A stretch of 64,000 bases of DNA from Macrostomum lignano (taxonomy: Eukaryota): NCBI GenBank assembly GCA_002269645.1, contig NIVC01003211.1:3460-67459 (forward strand), read 5' to 3'. Of the stretch, positions 35,553 to 46,907 are shown piece after piece. The first letter of the stretch is position 1. The number at the start of each line of letters is the position of its first letter. The translations under genes and the position numbers were made by a program. The notes under the pieces are model-generated. The model searched no databases. It had not been told where the DNA came from and saw only the letters and a list, made by a program, of their open reading frames with translations.

Positions 35553-35630
35553 GGGGGCCGTACGCCGTAGCCTAGTGGTCTGATGCGCCAGCGGCCTGGG
35601 CTCGATTCCAAGCGCAGGCACATTAATTTG
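35553..35630 (+). mobile_element. Degenerate tRNA-derived (SINE-like) head, copy B
   Basis: A-box TAGCCTAGTGG at 35568-35578; B-box-like GGGCTCGATTCC at 35598-35609. Confidence 0.45.
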
Positions 35631-36156
35631 GAATTATGGCTTAGGTCTGCTGTTGCCAATTAACGCCTTTGAGGGCAAAACACCACAAAGGCACAGTGAA
35701 GTGCACATGTACATTTAAAACTGTTCGGTGGCCATCAAATGAAGTCACACGGAAGTCAAGCGAGAGAGAAACAGCAATAAAGTTCATCATGTCTGTCGTG
35801 TAAACAAGCACCGGAAACAAGTCGATTAAAAAAACAGAAATATCAACGATAACAACAGCAAGCGCAACGCACAAAACTAGGCAAATACGAGAAATGAAAA
35901 GCAATTTTAGCGAGGTATAGTACAGTGTAAATTCTTTTATGATTCCCCACTTCTTTATCCCCAACCTTCATATCCCAATTTATATCATCAACATTATTTT
36001 GAAAGTTCGTCTCATCGGTCAAACAGTGACCCGTCTCAGTTGCTACCCGTCATCCTGGGTGCATCATCATGGCTGCATGTACAGAAAAGAAACAAATGTT
36101 TAACACGCAACGAAAAGTCATTGGCTCACACACAAGCACTAATAAAGTCAAGACAA

Positions 36157-36169
36157 AGGTCAAAGGTCA
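36157..36169 (+). promoter_or_regulatory. Perfect DR1 element AGGTCA-A-AGGTCA (copy B)
   Basis: Exact consensus, retained in both duplicates. Confidence 0.35.
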
Positions 36170-36534
36170 AAAGCTGTCTGCACCCGACGCATCAATCCAA
36201 GGCCAGGCTCAACTCAGCTCAAAGTCAGTCCCTGGCGCAGCCGGAGCAACACAGACTGACTGATAGACACAGATCGGCGCACAGGACTGCGAATTTAATT
36301 AAATCAATCTAATCAATCAGCTCATTCCAATGGGATACCTCCAGCAGGCTGGGTGCTCATGCAGATCTTCCTGAGCACCTGGCATCGGGTACAGGGACAT
36401 CACGTGACCTGGCTCTCGGCCGCCGCTGAGCATGAATTATGAGCTAATTTGTTTAAGTAAGAATTCACGTCATTAAAGAATAAAGATTGCTCTTGGTAGA
36501 CATCTCCTAACACTGGGACTCTGGTGCATAAAAT

Positions 36535-36965
36535 GGGGATTCGGGTGCTTGAAGTGGGGATTTGGGGTGTATGAAGTGGGGATTCGGGGTGTTTGAAATG
36601 GGGATTCGGGGTGTTTGAAATGGGGATTCGGGTGTTTGAAATGGGGATTTGGGGTGTATGAATGGGGATTTGGGGTGTTTGAAGTGGGGATTCGGGGTGT
36701 TTGAAATGGGGATTTGGGTGTTTGAAATGGGGATTTTGGGTGTTTGAAATGGGGATTTGGGGTGTTTAAAGTGGGGATTTGGGTGTTTGAAATGGGGATT
36801 TTGGGTGTTTGAAATGGGGATTTGGGTGTTTGAAATGGGGATTCGGGTGTTTGAAATGGGGATTTTGGGTGTTTGAAATGGGGATTTGGGGTGTTTGAAG
36901 TGGGGACTCGGGTGTTTGAAATGGGGATTTGGGGTGTTTGAACTGGGGACTGAGGTGTTTAAAAA
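36535..36965. repeat. 21-22-bp minisatellite (GAAATGGGGATTTGGGGTGTTT), about 20 units
   Basis: Paralog of 30572-30780. Confidence 0.9.
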
Positions 36966-37162
36966 TGGGAACTTAATTGGGAGGATAAGCTACATATTTA
37001 GTCATCAAATAAAAAGCAAAATGCTATTAACAGGTAAGAATTAGCACGTGCAACTTCGTATGTATATATTATTCAGTTATTAAGGAAAGTTAAATCGGGC
37101 CTCGCATACGTTAGCATAATTTACAATAGACACGACAGGAATAACGTGGAATAACCACAGGG

Positions 37163-37384
37163 TCACTGGTAGTACAATTCCAAATTCATGCCGTCATGGA
37201 TCTCGTAGTCCTCCAAACTGATGTGATCCTTGAATATAGTGTACCACTTCTTCAGCACGATCTTATCCCACCTGGTGCCAGTCTGGGCGGCGATCAGCTT
37301 CTTTAGATCGCCAATGGTGTCGCTGGGATTGCATTTGATGCGCACCTTCTTGCCAAGCCGATCGTTCACCGTGATTTCAATCAT
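37163..37384 (-). CDS. UBL5: Ubiquitin-like protein 5 (Hub1), 73 aa, no intron in the CDS
   Basis: [73 protein letters not shown] is canonical UBL5 with the terminal YYQ. Confidence 0.98.
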   Translation of the reverse strand: MIEITVNDRLGKKVRIKCNPSDTIGDLKKLIAAQTGTRWDKIVLKKWYTIFKDHISLEDYEIHDGMNLELYYQ

Positions 37385-37416
37385 TGCTGGCTGGGGCTGG
37401 GCAGCAATGCAACAAG

Positions 37417-37737
37417 TAATAATAATTAATAATAATAATTGATTACACCTGCCCCAACTGAGCCAGATATGCAACCGACAGCTCAGCCGCAGCGATTGTG
37501 CGGGCGCATCTGAAGGTCTGAAGACTGCGTACGGCTGTTCAGTCCAAATACTGGGGGGGGGGGGAGGGTTGCCACGAACACCCCAACTACTCCAGCTAAT
37601 GCTGGCACCCATTTTACATGCAGACTCAGAGTTAAGTGTCTTGCTCAAGGACACAAATTGTTTCAGTGCGATCGCGAATCGAACCCGCGACCTTTCAGTT
37701 GTGAGTCTGATGCTCTCACCACAAAGCTACAACCCCC
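37417..37737 (-). mobile_element. Full-length tRNA-derived SINE with CORE-like central domain and (ATT)n tail
   Basis: Minus strand: A-box TAGCTTTGTGG, B-box GGTTCGATTCG, TGTGTCCTTGAGCAAGACACTTAACTCTGAG…TGTAAAATGGG (MIR/CORE-like), tail ATTATTATTATTAATTATTATT. Confidence 0.75.
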
Positions 37738-38189
37738 ATATCAAATATAATATATCATGCGCTTAACTGCCTACTCAGCGGGAATTTTTTAAGTAGAACA
37801 GTAAGATTTTGAAAAAAAAAGCTAAAAGCTAAAATAGAAACGATTTTAAAATGTTTAAAATGTAGAAAACTTATTATTAAATATACAAAACTACACGGTA
37901 AACTTTTAATAGATAAACAGCACCAAAAATGGTAAAAATGTTTTTTAAAAAGCAAAAAAATCAATGCTGGACAGAATTGATTCAGTAATAATGTTCATTT
38001 ATATTGCAGCAAATCAAGAAGTCTAAAGCCTTCATTAATACAGCAAAAATGTGCAACGGGACACCAAAAGAAAGTCCAATTGCGAATTCATGATTGAAAA
38101 TCTGGTGCACTAAAAATCTAAATGATTGACAGAACAGACACAGACAGAAACAACAAAAAAGTAGTGATAAATAAAAAGTTTTAGAAGGG

Positions 38190-38462
38190 CGCCCAGCAAC
38201 TGATGATCTGGGAGGCTGGCAGTGGCCCAGCAACTGAGGATCTGGGAGGCTGGCGGTGGCCCAGCAACTGAGGATCTGGGGGCTGGCAGTGGCCCAGCAA
38301 CTGAGGATCTGGGAGGCTGTGGCCCAGCAACTGGGGATCTGGGAAGCTGGCCCAGCAACTGAGGAGCTGGGAGGCTGGCCCAGCAACTGAGGATCTGGGA
38401 GGCTGTGGCCCAGCAACTGGAGATCTGGGAAGCTGGCCCAGCAACTGAGGAGCTGGGAGGCT
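38190..38462. repeat. 28-bp family minisatellite (CCCAGCAACTGAGGATCTGGGAGGCTGG), 3' of SHPK
   Basis: Same unit and orientation as 8372-9072. Confidence 0.9.
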
Positions 38463-38527
38463 GACGGCGCCCAGTAAGGCAGTAAATTCAATCACAGCTC
38501 GCAAGCGACCTATGAATCAGCTAGCTT

Positions 38528-40054
38528 CTAGGACTCCCCGCGCCCAGCAGCCACCCAGTCCAGGAACTGTGCCGCCAGTCCTGCCGCGCCGTCGGCCACC
38601 GCAGGCTGCTGCCGAGCTCCTCCGTCCTCCAGCACAATGGACTGGAATTGACATTCGTCAAAGCGAAGAGCAGCGGCCCGCCGCAGGACGGCATTCCTAC
38701 GCAGGGCGCTGCCGGCCAGAATTATCCGATCGATGCCGGCCTGTCTGAGCGCCGCAGGCGGGCACAAACTGAGCAGGTTGTTAATCAGGCCGAGGCACAC
38801 GGATCGGTACAGCCGGCCGAGACTGCGGCAGCTGGACATGCGCAGGCCGAGCACAGAGCCGCCTTGGGTCCCGCCGCCGCATCGCTCGTCTAGCAGGGTC
38901 GGCGAGATCAAAGGATCCGGGTCGGAGGCGGACGCGGGTTTGGCTGCAAAATAGAAATGGTCATAGGAATAGCTTAGGCGCAATGGTAAATCAAGATTCG
39001 ACTGAGCTTCATGCTCACATCTTTCCAGTTCAGTTCTGTTTAAGTATTGATAATTGGCACTCGAATATCCAATTTGAGCACCCTCTGGTCACTCCTATCT
39101 CGAAGTTGGTCACTCCTATTTAAAACTTGGTCACTCCTGTCTCGAATTCGGACACCCACACATAACTCGACAATTTCCCCACCTGCTGATATCCCCACCT
39201 TTGAATTAATAAAACATTATTGTCACCTTCATCCGCCAGAACTTGCAACCGCTGCCAGACAGTCTCGGACGGACACCGCTGTCCGGTTAGCTGCTCTTGC
39301 CAGTCGGCCAGAGTTTGGACGAACTCGGCCAGCACGTTGCCGCCATTCAGACTGGCAGCCAGCAGGACATATCTATCTGGCGAAAAGAAGGGGAAGCAGT
39401 CGATGCCTGCGTGGTCCCTCACAGACGGCTGCTGGGGCGGCTCGCTAGTGAGGAAGCCGAGCTGCGCGCTGGTGCCAAAGTTCAGAAAGGCGCGCCCGTC
39501 AAAGTCTGCCGGACCCGTTGATGTTGACGACAGCGTCGAGGGCTGCAGAGGCGCGTACACCGAATAAACAACGCACTGCAGGTCGCCAAGAGGCACCCGG
39601 ACTCGACAACTGGACGGCAGCCGACCCGCCCAGGCGTGTCCGCTGGCTAGCGACGTCAGCAAAGTCGGGGACAGACAGCCGACAACGTGGCCAACCGGCG
39701 CGATGTCGGGCAGCCGCGGGCGCGGCGGCAGGCCAGCAGCCGCAAGGCTGTCAGCATCCCAGCGCTGGCCGGCCAGGTCGAAGTAGCCCCAGCTGGCGGC
39801 CAGCTGGCCGGACATGCGCACCGACCCGCTGCCGCCGATCAGCAAGGCGGCCAGCCAGTCCATGGCGCTGCCGCAGGCGTCGAATTCGGCTAGACGGTCG
39901 GGCTGATGACGCTGCCACCAGAGCAGAGTGGCCAGACCGAACCCACTCTGGAACACGGCAGCGAGAAGGTTCTCTGTCTGTCTTTTTGTTTGCCTGTCTG
40001 TCTGTCTGTTTGTCTGTTTGTGTGTGTGTCTGTCTGTCTTAGTGTCTGTCTGCA

Positions 40055-40125
<71 letters not shown>

Positions 40126-40696
40126 TTGTGTGTCTGTCTGTCTGTCTGTTTGTGTGTCTGTCTGTCTGTCTGCATGTCTGTCTGTCTGTCTGCCTCCCCC
40201 TCTTAATGTCAGTTTATGTTAGCATTTATTTGTATGTCTAAGACACCATCTATCATACCTTCGGCGCCACAACCTCTGGTCTGGACGGTGCCGGCAATGA
40301 CTGGAGGAACTCGAGTGAGCACCGGCCATCCTGCCAGGTCACCAGCTCCGAGCAGGAGGCCAGCGGCTGTTCCGAGCGCCACATCGCGATGCCGTGCATC
40401 TGGCCGCACAGCAGAATGTCGGACACCCGGCCTAGCATGTTGTCATCGCCGTCGATATGGGAGTCAATCTTGGACGCCAGATTGGAGAATGCGGCGAGAA
40501 TGGAGTGCAGCGACATCACTGACTGGCGCGGGGCAGTGGACACTGGGGAGGCTTCAATATTGCAGCTGCCAGAGTACAGGATGCGCCGAGTGGCTGACTC
40601 CACTAGCAACAGCTTCACTGCGGTGGTGCCAATGTCAATGCACAGCAGCAGTGCGTCTGCACTTTTGTTAGCGGTTTGCTCAAGCCCGGCTGACAT
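38528..40696 (-). CDS. SHPK: Sedoheptulokinase (FGGY carbohydrate kinase family), 3 exons, about 524 aa
   Basis: Exons 40696-40259, 39947-39227, 38943-38528 (1575 nt, phases consistent). Motifs [63 protein letters not shown] all match SHPK. Confidence 0.93.
39975..40192. repeat. (TCTG)n microsatellite in SHPK intron 1
   Basis: Directly visible; contains GTCTTAGTG near 40036. Confidence 0.92.
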
Positions 40697-41404
40697 GCCA
40701 GAATTTGGGCAGCTTACAAGCGCTGAATGTTTGACAGTTGAAATATACATGTACTTGTCTATTTGTTGAAGCAACAATATGGATACATACATTTACATTT
40801 GTAATAGTATAAATGACAATATTTGAACAGTAGCAAAATATATATGATATGATTTTATCTTCAAAAAATCAATTAAGCTTGTTATATTGATAATTGCTAA
40901 AGGCCAATTTTTACTCAGTAATTTTTATTACTTGATATGAATATTTCAAATTGCTTTGTACATGTAATATTGAAAGAGATTAGATTTTATAATACTTTTT
41001 AAATAATAGATACAAATTTCAAACAGTATACAAACAGTAGCAAAGGGTCTTTAACAAATAAGCTAATAATATATTTGTTATATAATCATGGTACAAAAAG
41101 GGCCTTAGCATAATTACTTAGTAAATATAATATGGTGTTAATCACTTTGTCAACTGCTAGCAATATCTGCTATTGACAATGACCAAGTCTAGTGGTCTTA
41201 CTTATTGGTCAGTTGACAAAGTGACCAAGATCAATGGCTCCCTAGTTAATAAAATGAAACAAAATTTGAATTAGTTACTTGATGACAAGGAAGCTTCTAT
41301 GGTTGCTGTGCTCCCCAGGAAGGGACACTTGTTTAGGTAGCATACAAGTTTAGGGGTAAAAACCCAATTGCAAAGCAGTGAATAAATAGGAAAATGCAAT
41401 CTTT

Positions 41405-41512
41405 TTTCATTTCTATGACTGATAACTTTTTAACTAAAATTTTCATTTCTATGACTGATAACTTTTTAACTAAAATTTTCATTTCTATGACTGATAACTT
41501 TTTAACTAAAAG
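41405..41512. repeat. 36-bp tandem x3 (TTCATTTCTATGACTGATAACTTTTTAACTAAAATT)
   Basis: CATTTCTATG at 41408, 41444, 41480. Confidence 0.9.
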
Positions 41513-41839
41513 TTATAGAAAGATACAGTTTGCACTATTCAATGCAAAACATTCAGAATCATAGGTCTCCAAGGTTAAGTTGTATTATTCAAAAAAACTT
41601 TTTTGTTAGTATAAAAAATACTTTACAACCCTTTGGGCAATGCAAACATAATGAAACAAATAATGAAATGATACCCACAAAAAGATTTGTTAAAGACTTT
41701 GAAAGAGAAAAGTTAATTAAAATATTTTATCATTGCAAGGAAATCCTTAAGTGATACCTTAGCAAAAGAGAGTGGAATTAACTTATCTATAGAGCAGAAA
41801 AGTGCTAGGGCATGCTATATAGAAATAGCAATTATGACT

Positions 41840-42100
41840 CTATAAAACAAAAGCTAAGTCTACTATGAGTATATATCAGAGCTACATTTCTTAGATAGTT
41901 TTGACTTTTTGCACTTCAGTGCTTCATTGCTCTTCCAGCTGTCATTCTTCACATTGACTAGATTCTTCATATACATTGTTAGAGCTAGAACTTGGCATGG
42001 TAGAATAGATCTGGACAAGCTTTGCCATATACACATTGCCGAGTAAAATGATTTACACAAGATTATAGAATTGGCAAAGCTCAACAATATTCTCTACAGT
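41840..42100 (-). pseudogene. Possible decayed hAT transposase C-terminal (dimerisation) fragment
   Basis: Stop-riddled frame …MAKLVQIYSTMPSSSS… resembles the hAT motif LAKLAxIYLTxPxSSA; by eye only. Confidence 0.25.
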
Positions 42101-42129
42101 CTTTACAGCTTATCTAGAGTACAGAGGGC

Positions 42130-42420
42130 TTGTTCACAAGCTCAAAATTTCACAACCTTGAAAAGCACTTCCTTTTACAAACCCAAAACTTTATAAGGTT
42201 GAATTTTCACAACCTCAAAAATTTTAGCAGTCAACTTCATAAGCTCAAAATTTCATAAGCTTGAAATTTCACAACCTTGAAAACCATTTTAGCAGCCAAC
42301 TTCACAAGCTGCTACAAGAAGTTGCCTGCTAAAATTTTTGAGGATGAAATTTCAAGCTTGTGAAATTTTGAGCTTATGAAAGTAACTGGTTTCAAGGTTG
42401 TGAAATTTTAAGCTTATGAA
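42130..42420. mobile_element. Foldback-type non-autonomous element with internally repetitive inverted arms
   Basis: TTCATAAGCTCAAAATTTCATAAGCTTGAAATTTCA (from 42237) is the near-perfect reverse complement of 42345-42379; inner arms TTTTAGCAGCCAACTTC / GAAGTTGCCTGCTAAAA also pair. Confidence 0.65.
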
Positions 42421-43209
42421 ACATACATGTGCAACCTCCAAAATTTGGTCGGCCATGCAACTCAGTTTTAACAAAAATCTGATGTAGTTTTTGGCCAAAA
42501 ATGTGACTTACATGTAAAAAACCCTAAAGCAAAATTAATGCAACTTTGGATAAATGGCAGGAGTAACTATGACTGTCTTATTAAGCCAAAATTCCTTGTC
42601 CGCTACTTAGTACTACTACTTGGGTATTTTTTGGGTGGGCATTTTTGCAACTTCCTTGGTTGGCTGCCAAATTGGTCAGCCAGATTGGCCGACTCAGCTG
42701 ACTTTTATGCATGTGTGTTATGAAAGCAACCCAGTATAGAGTTTCAGAAGTTAGAAAGCTTAATCTATAATCTGAATCATCAATCTATCAATATTGACCT
42801 CAAAGTCAAAAGTTCTATCTATTGACATTGATTTTGTGATTTCTATCATATTAGCAGAGGACACACAAGTGGTGAAGAATATGACCTGAGACTCAAATGC
42901 ATGCTCAAACAAAACAATGCAAATAATTAAATAGCTTGAATGCCAGTAAATTAGGCTCTAATGACATTGCTTTTGAGGAATGTTTCTGCCTTATCCTTGC
43001 AGTGATGTATGGCAATCTCTTACCAAGTCTAAGCAGGTGTCATTATAGTAAATTGGTCTTTAGGAACAGTTTTGCTCAAGTAGGATAGCACCTTTAGAAA
43101 GATATTTAAAATAACATTTCCAAAAATGCAGCAAGCAGATCCAGCATCCATTAGTTGTGCTTTGGATTGCTGAGCAACTGCTGCTACAAATATAGTATTA
43201 TTGTCAATA

Positions 43210-43815
43210 CCCTATTGAAATAAGTTGACAAAACGCAGACGACCGTCCGTCGCATTTTCGGATACTCCTGGTGTCGCGTCGCGCGACAGTGGTGTCAAGT
43301 GGTATGTCACGTCGCGCGACACTGGAAACCTGGTGTCGTCATGTGTCGCGTCGCGGCCTGGACCTGTATGTAGCCAAAACCTTGCCAACTGTGTTTCATT
43401 GTAATATGTTCACGGTTGTTTTTTGGTATTTAAATGTTTCAAACATATTTGATAATAACTAGTTCTTGAATTGTTCTTCTTTATTTTGACAGTAAAGTAA
43501 CTAATACTTTAAATATAATTTTTAGAAATGTTACTTGTTAGTTACAATGCGTGCGCTGTTTTTCTAAGTGTTGTACCTTTGTTGTTTTACTGTTTATTGT
43601 TTTTAAATTTCTTTTTTTCCACGAAATTGAAAGGAATACTCTTGTCCCTCGCCCCATGGTCTCGGTGTCGGGAGTGAACGGAACAGACACCAGTGTTGCC
43701 TTGCGCATTGCCACCCCCTAGTCAACAAAATTTGGTGTTGCGTCGCGCTTTTGAGGGTACAATTTTGGCTCCCGTGTCGCGCGTCCGCGGGTTTTTGAAA
43801 CTTATTCCAATAGGG
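43210..43815. mobile_element. 606-bp MITE with 17-bp TIRs and an 8-bp TSD
   Basis: TIR CCCTATTGAAATAAGTT / AACTTATTCCAATAGGG (1 mismatch); TSD TGTCAATA at 43202-43209 and 43816-43823; CG-rich GTCGCGTCGCGCGAC motifs inside. Confidence 0.85.
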
Positions 43816-44274
43816 TGTCAATATATTCTTTTTCTAGTTAACAAGCTATGAAATATGAGAGGTATTACAAAAGTTTGCATACAAACTGCTCTAGCAAGAA
43901 ATCAATAAGCAGCAGTAAAAAACAATAATATGTATAATATATAATACAAGTTTTGGTAATTTTGTTATAAAATACATAATTCATTATTAATATTGCTACC
44001 ATTTGCAAACATTTTTATGTGATTTTCTATGAGCTATGAGCTATAAGTTATAAATGATTATAAGACTTCTATTAAACAAACCTTAAGTCAATGTATATCT
44101 TATTTTGTTGCTAACACAAAGGTAATATTTTAAACAAAATAACCTAATAAAATAAAATAATAGATTAAAACACTAGTAAAAATGTTTAAATATTGTGCAA
44201 AGTTAAGGAAAAAGCCAAAAGACTATTTAGTATAGATCTTTTAACTGACTAAAATTTTAAAAAGAAAAAAATGT

Positions 44275-44830
44275 TTTCAGAAAAGAAATGGTTATCCCTA
44301 CGGTCCCATGTCAATAATTCTGATTTTATTCACACGGATCTGTGTTGATAATTTCTAGCTTATCCCCATGGCAGCTTATTGGAATAAAGAACCTTAAAAT
44401 GAATCTGTTCAAAATCATCTATTGTTTTTATTGTTTCACAAATCTTCCAAGTAAACAACTAAATAATGAATAGTATTGAATACTTTGCTGAAACTTTTTT
44501 TGTTGTTAAAAGGGTTAATTTTAAATATTAGCTGCTTAGCTGCTGGCTTTGCTTAGAATGACCCAATGGACCCTAAGATCAAGGCAAATGAGACTTGCAA
44601 AATTCAAAATGTAATAATAATGAGTAATCTAAATATACTAAATCTCTAATATATAATACTAATAATAATGACAATATCTATTTAACGTCAGTAAACAAAA
44701 AATAAATACAATCAACTGCACAATCTTAGCTGTGGGGATAAGCTGAAAATTATTGACACGGATCCAGTGGATAAAATTGGAATTATTGACACAGGACTGT
44801 GGGGATAAACACTTCATTTCAGAAATAGTG
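44275..44830. mobile_element. Old MITE-like element with ~95-bp degenerate inverted ends
   Basis: 44280-44375 (TTATCCCTACGGTCCCATGTCAATAATTC…GCTTATCCCCATGGCAGCT) is an imperfect reverse complement of 44728-44825. No TSD identified. Confidence 0.55.
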
Positions 44831-46907
44831 TCAATAAAAGTCAAAGAGAGGCAATTCAGTGGGATGAACAATTTTTTTCTTTTTTTGCTAATTAGGTAAT
44901 TACTAGCAGACATTATATTTAAGTAGGATTAGGAATGAGCACCAGATTCAGAGCATGATTACATTTTGTAACAATGCGATGTGATAACTGATAGTGATAA
45001 CCCATCTAAATATGATGAAATGATGAAAGATGAAACAATTAACTAAACTAAAATTGTATATTACCATTTCTACCAGCATTCAGTTTTGATGAATAACAAA
45101 GAAAAACGAAAAATAAATGCATAAATAAAGTAATTCAAACACGGTTTTAAAATTTAGTTCAGTATTAGGTTTAAAACAAATACATTTTTCATGCTTTCAA
45201 ATTTTTAATGTGCCTTGCGCTTTATTGCTAGTTATTTTGAACAATCAAAATGTGGTCCAAATTTTGTTTTTCTGCGACAAAAATTTATTATTTTGAGTGC
45301 TTAAAATGAAAACTTCGCCTATTCTTAATTCTCTGAAACATAGATTCGGTTAATTCTGACGTATGCACACTTTCAGCTTTACGTATTTTAGAGTAAACTT
45401 TAAGTTTCAGGCATTGAATTTAAAAACGATGTTAACAGATAATTTTTTTAAATATCGCTTCAGTAACGACTATGCGAACTACGAGTCCAAAATTCGGGAA
45501 AGTTTGAAGTCTGGAAACTAATCTCATTTTAGTAAATGCCGGAACTTTTTAACTCGTAACCTAACTTGCCTATCGCCTTATGCACAAATCTTTTAACAAG
45601 ACTTATGCACGTTTAACCACATGCAAAAAATAACGATTCAGTGAGCTTTCACATTTATCAAACATACTTGATAGTCTTTCTTCAGCAGCCGGCAATACAA
45701 AATATATAATGCATAGCACGTACATACAAATACATGATTCGGGCAATTCTACTACGAGCATATAGTGTATTCTGTAATATAAAGTCTGAATCCCGTAAAG
45801 TTATCGGTCACGACAGTCAATGGTTATTGTATGGTAATTATTCCTCGTCATTATTTTTGCGTTTTGTTAACACAAATAGCAATTCTTAGGTGAGTGAATA
45901 ACAAGCAAAAAATAATAATATTAATTTAATTTCAGGAATACGCAAAACTATTGCTTCATCGTGGCATTTCACAACATATTTGAATTTCAGAATTTTAAGT
46001 TTATTTTTTTAGTACATTTATGCCATATTTTTTGCTGTACGAGTATCTAAACAGCATCAACATTCAAATCTAGTAGTAAGCTGCAGTGCAAAACAATTGG
46101 AAAAGGGGGAGATAAGTTTTAAACTTATACAGTGATTACATTTATACTCGTTAAATTGCTCATGCATTGACCGGTTGGGAGGCTTAAATATATTGACAAT
46201 ATATTACTTGTAGTATGATATATAGGGCATTTGGAAACATCAGGCCAGCAATTGGACAGGATAAACATCACTGGGAGATCGATCTCTCACAGAAGCAAAC
46301 CGGTGCATAGAATAATACCAAAGAAATACAGACAACGGACAAAAAAACAAACAAAAAATCATGAAATAAATGAATAGTTGAAGACGAAATTAACTACACA
46401 TGCTTTTAGAAGTTCGGGGGCAACAAAAAATGCAAAAAAACCACAAGTTTGGGGAGCGCCACGTGTTCGCAATTTCAGGCCAGGCACGGCAGAACAGTAG
46501 TCTGAACGCAATAACTTGTCGTGGGCTGTATGGGAAACCGAAAAAAACATTATGAACAGAAAGATGCGCATTGCACCGACTTCGGCGAATACAACGCAGG
46601 CAGTCCTCCTGGCACCAATAGCGGATTGCCGACGAAAATAATCAGAATTTAGTAAAATGAAACTTTTACTAACGAATAGGGCCCGCTGTTGTCACATACC
46701 AAATGCACAAAAGCTCACAGACTAGCTCTTGTAGAATGTCGAAAAGTTTTACTTTCTTTTCGGCATGTTGAGGCATTTTTCAAGCTTTAGTCTCACACAC
46801 AGGGGGACACAAGACCCTGCATCAGGATGATATTACTAACAGTAGCACAGCAAACTTCTAATCAGTGCCTTAAATTCCAACAACAGCCCGAGTCTCCCAA
46901 CTGGGAG

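Larger units (their letters stand above)
26245..36965. other. Tandem segmental duplication: copy A about 26245-30780, copy B about 30785-36965
   Basis: Paired 3' flanks (26245-26540 vs 30785-31110), TDP-43 exons, tRNA-like heads, upstream blocks (30114-30580 vs 36079-36546) and the terminal 21/22-bp array occur in the same order. Confidence 0.9.
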
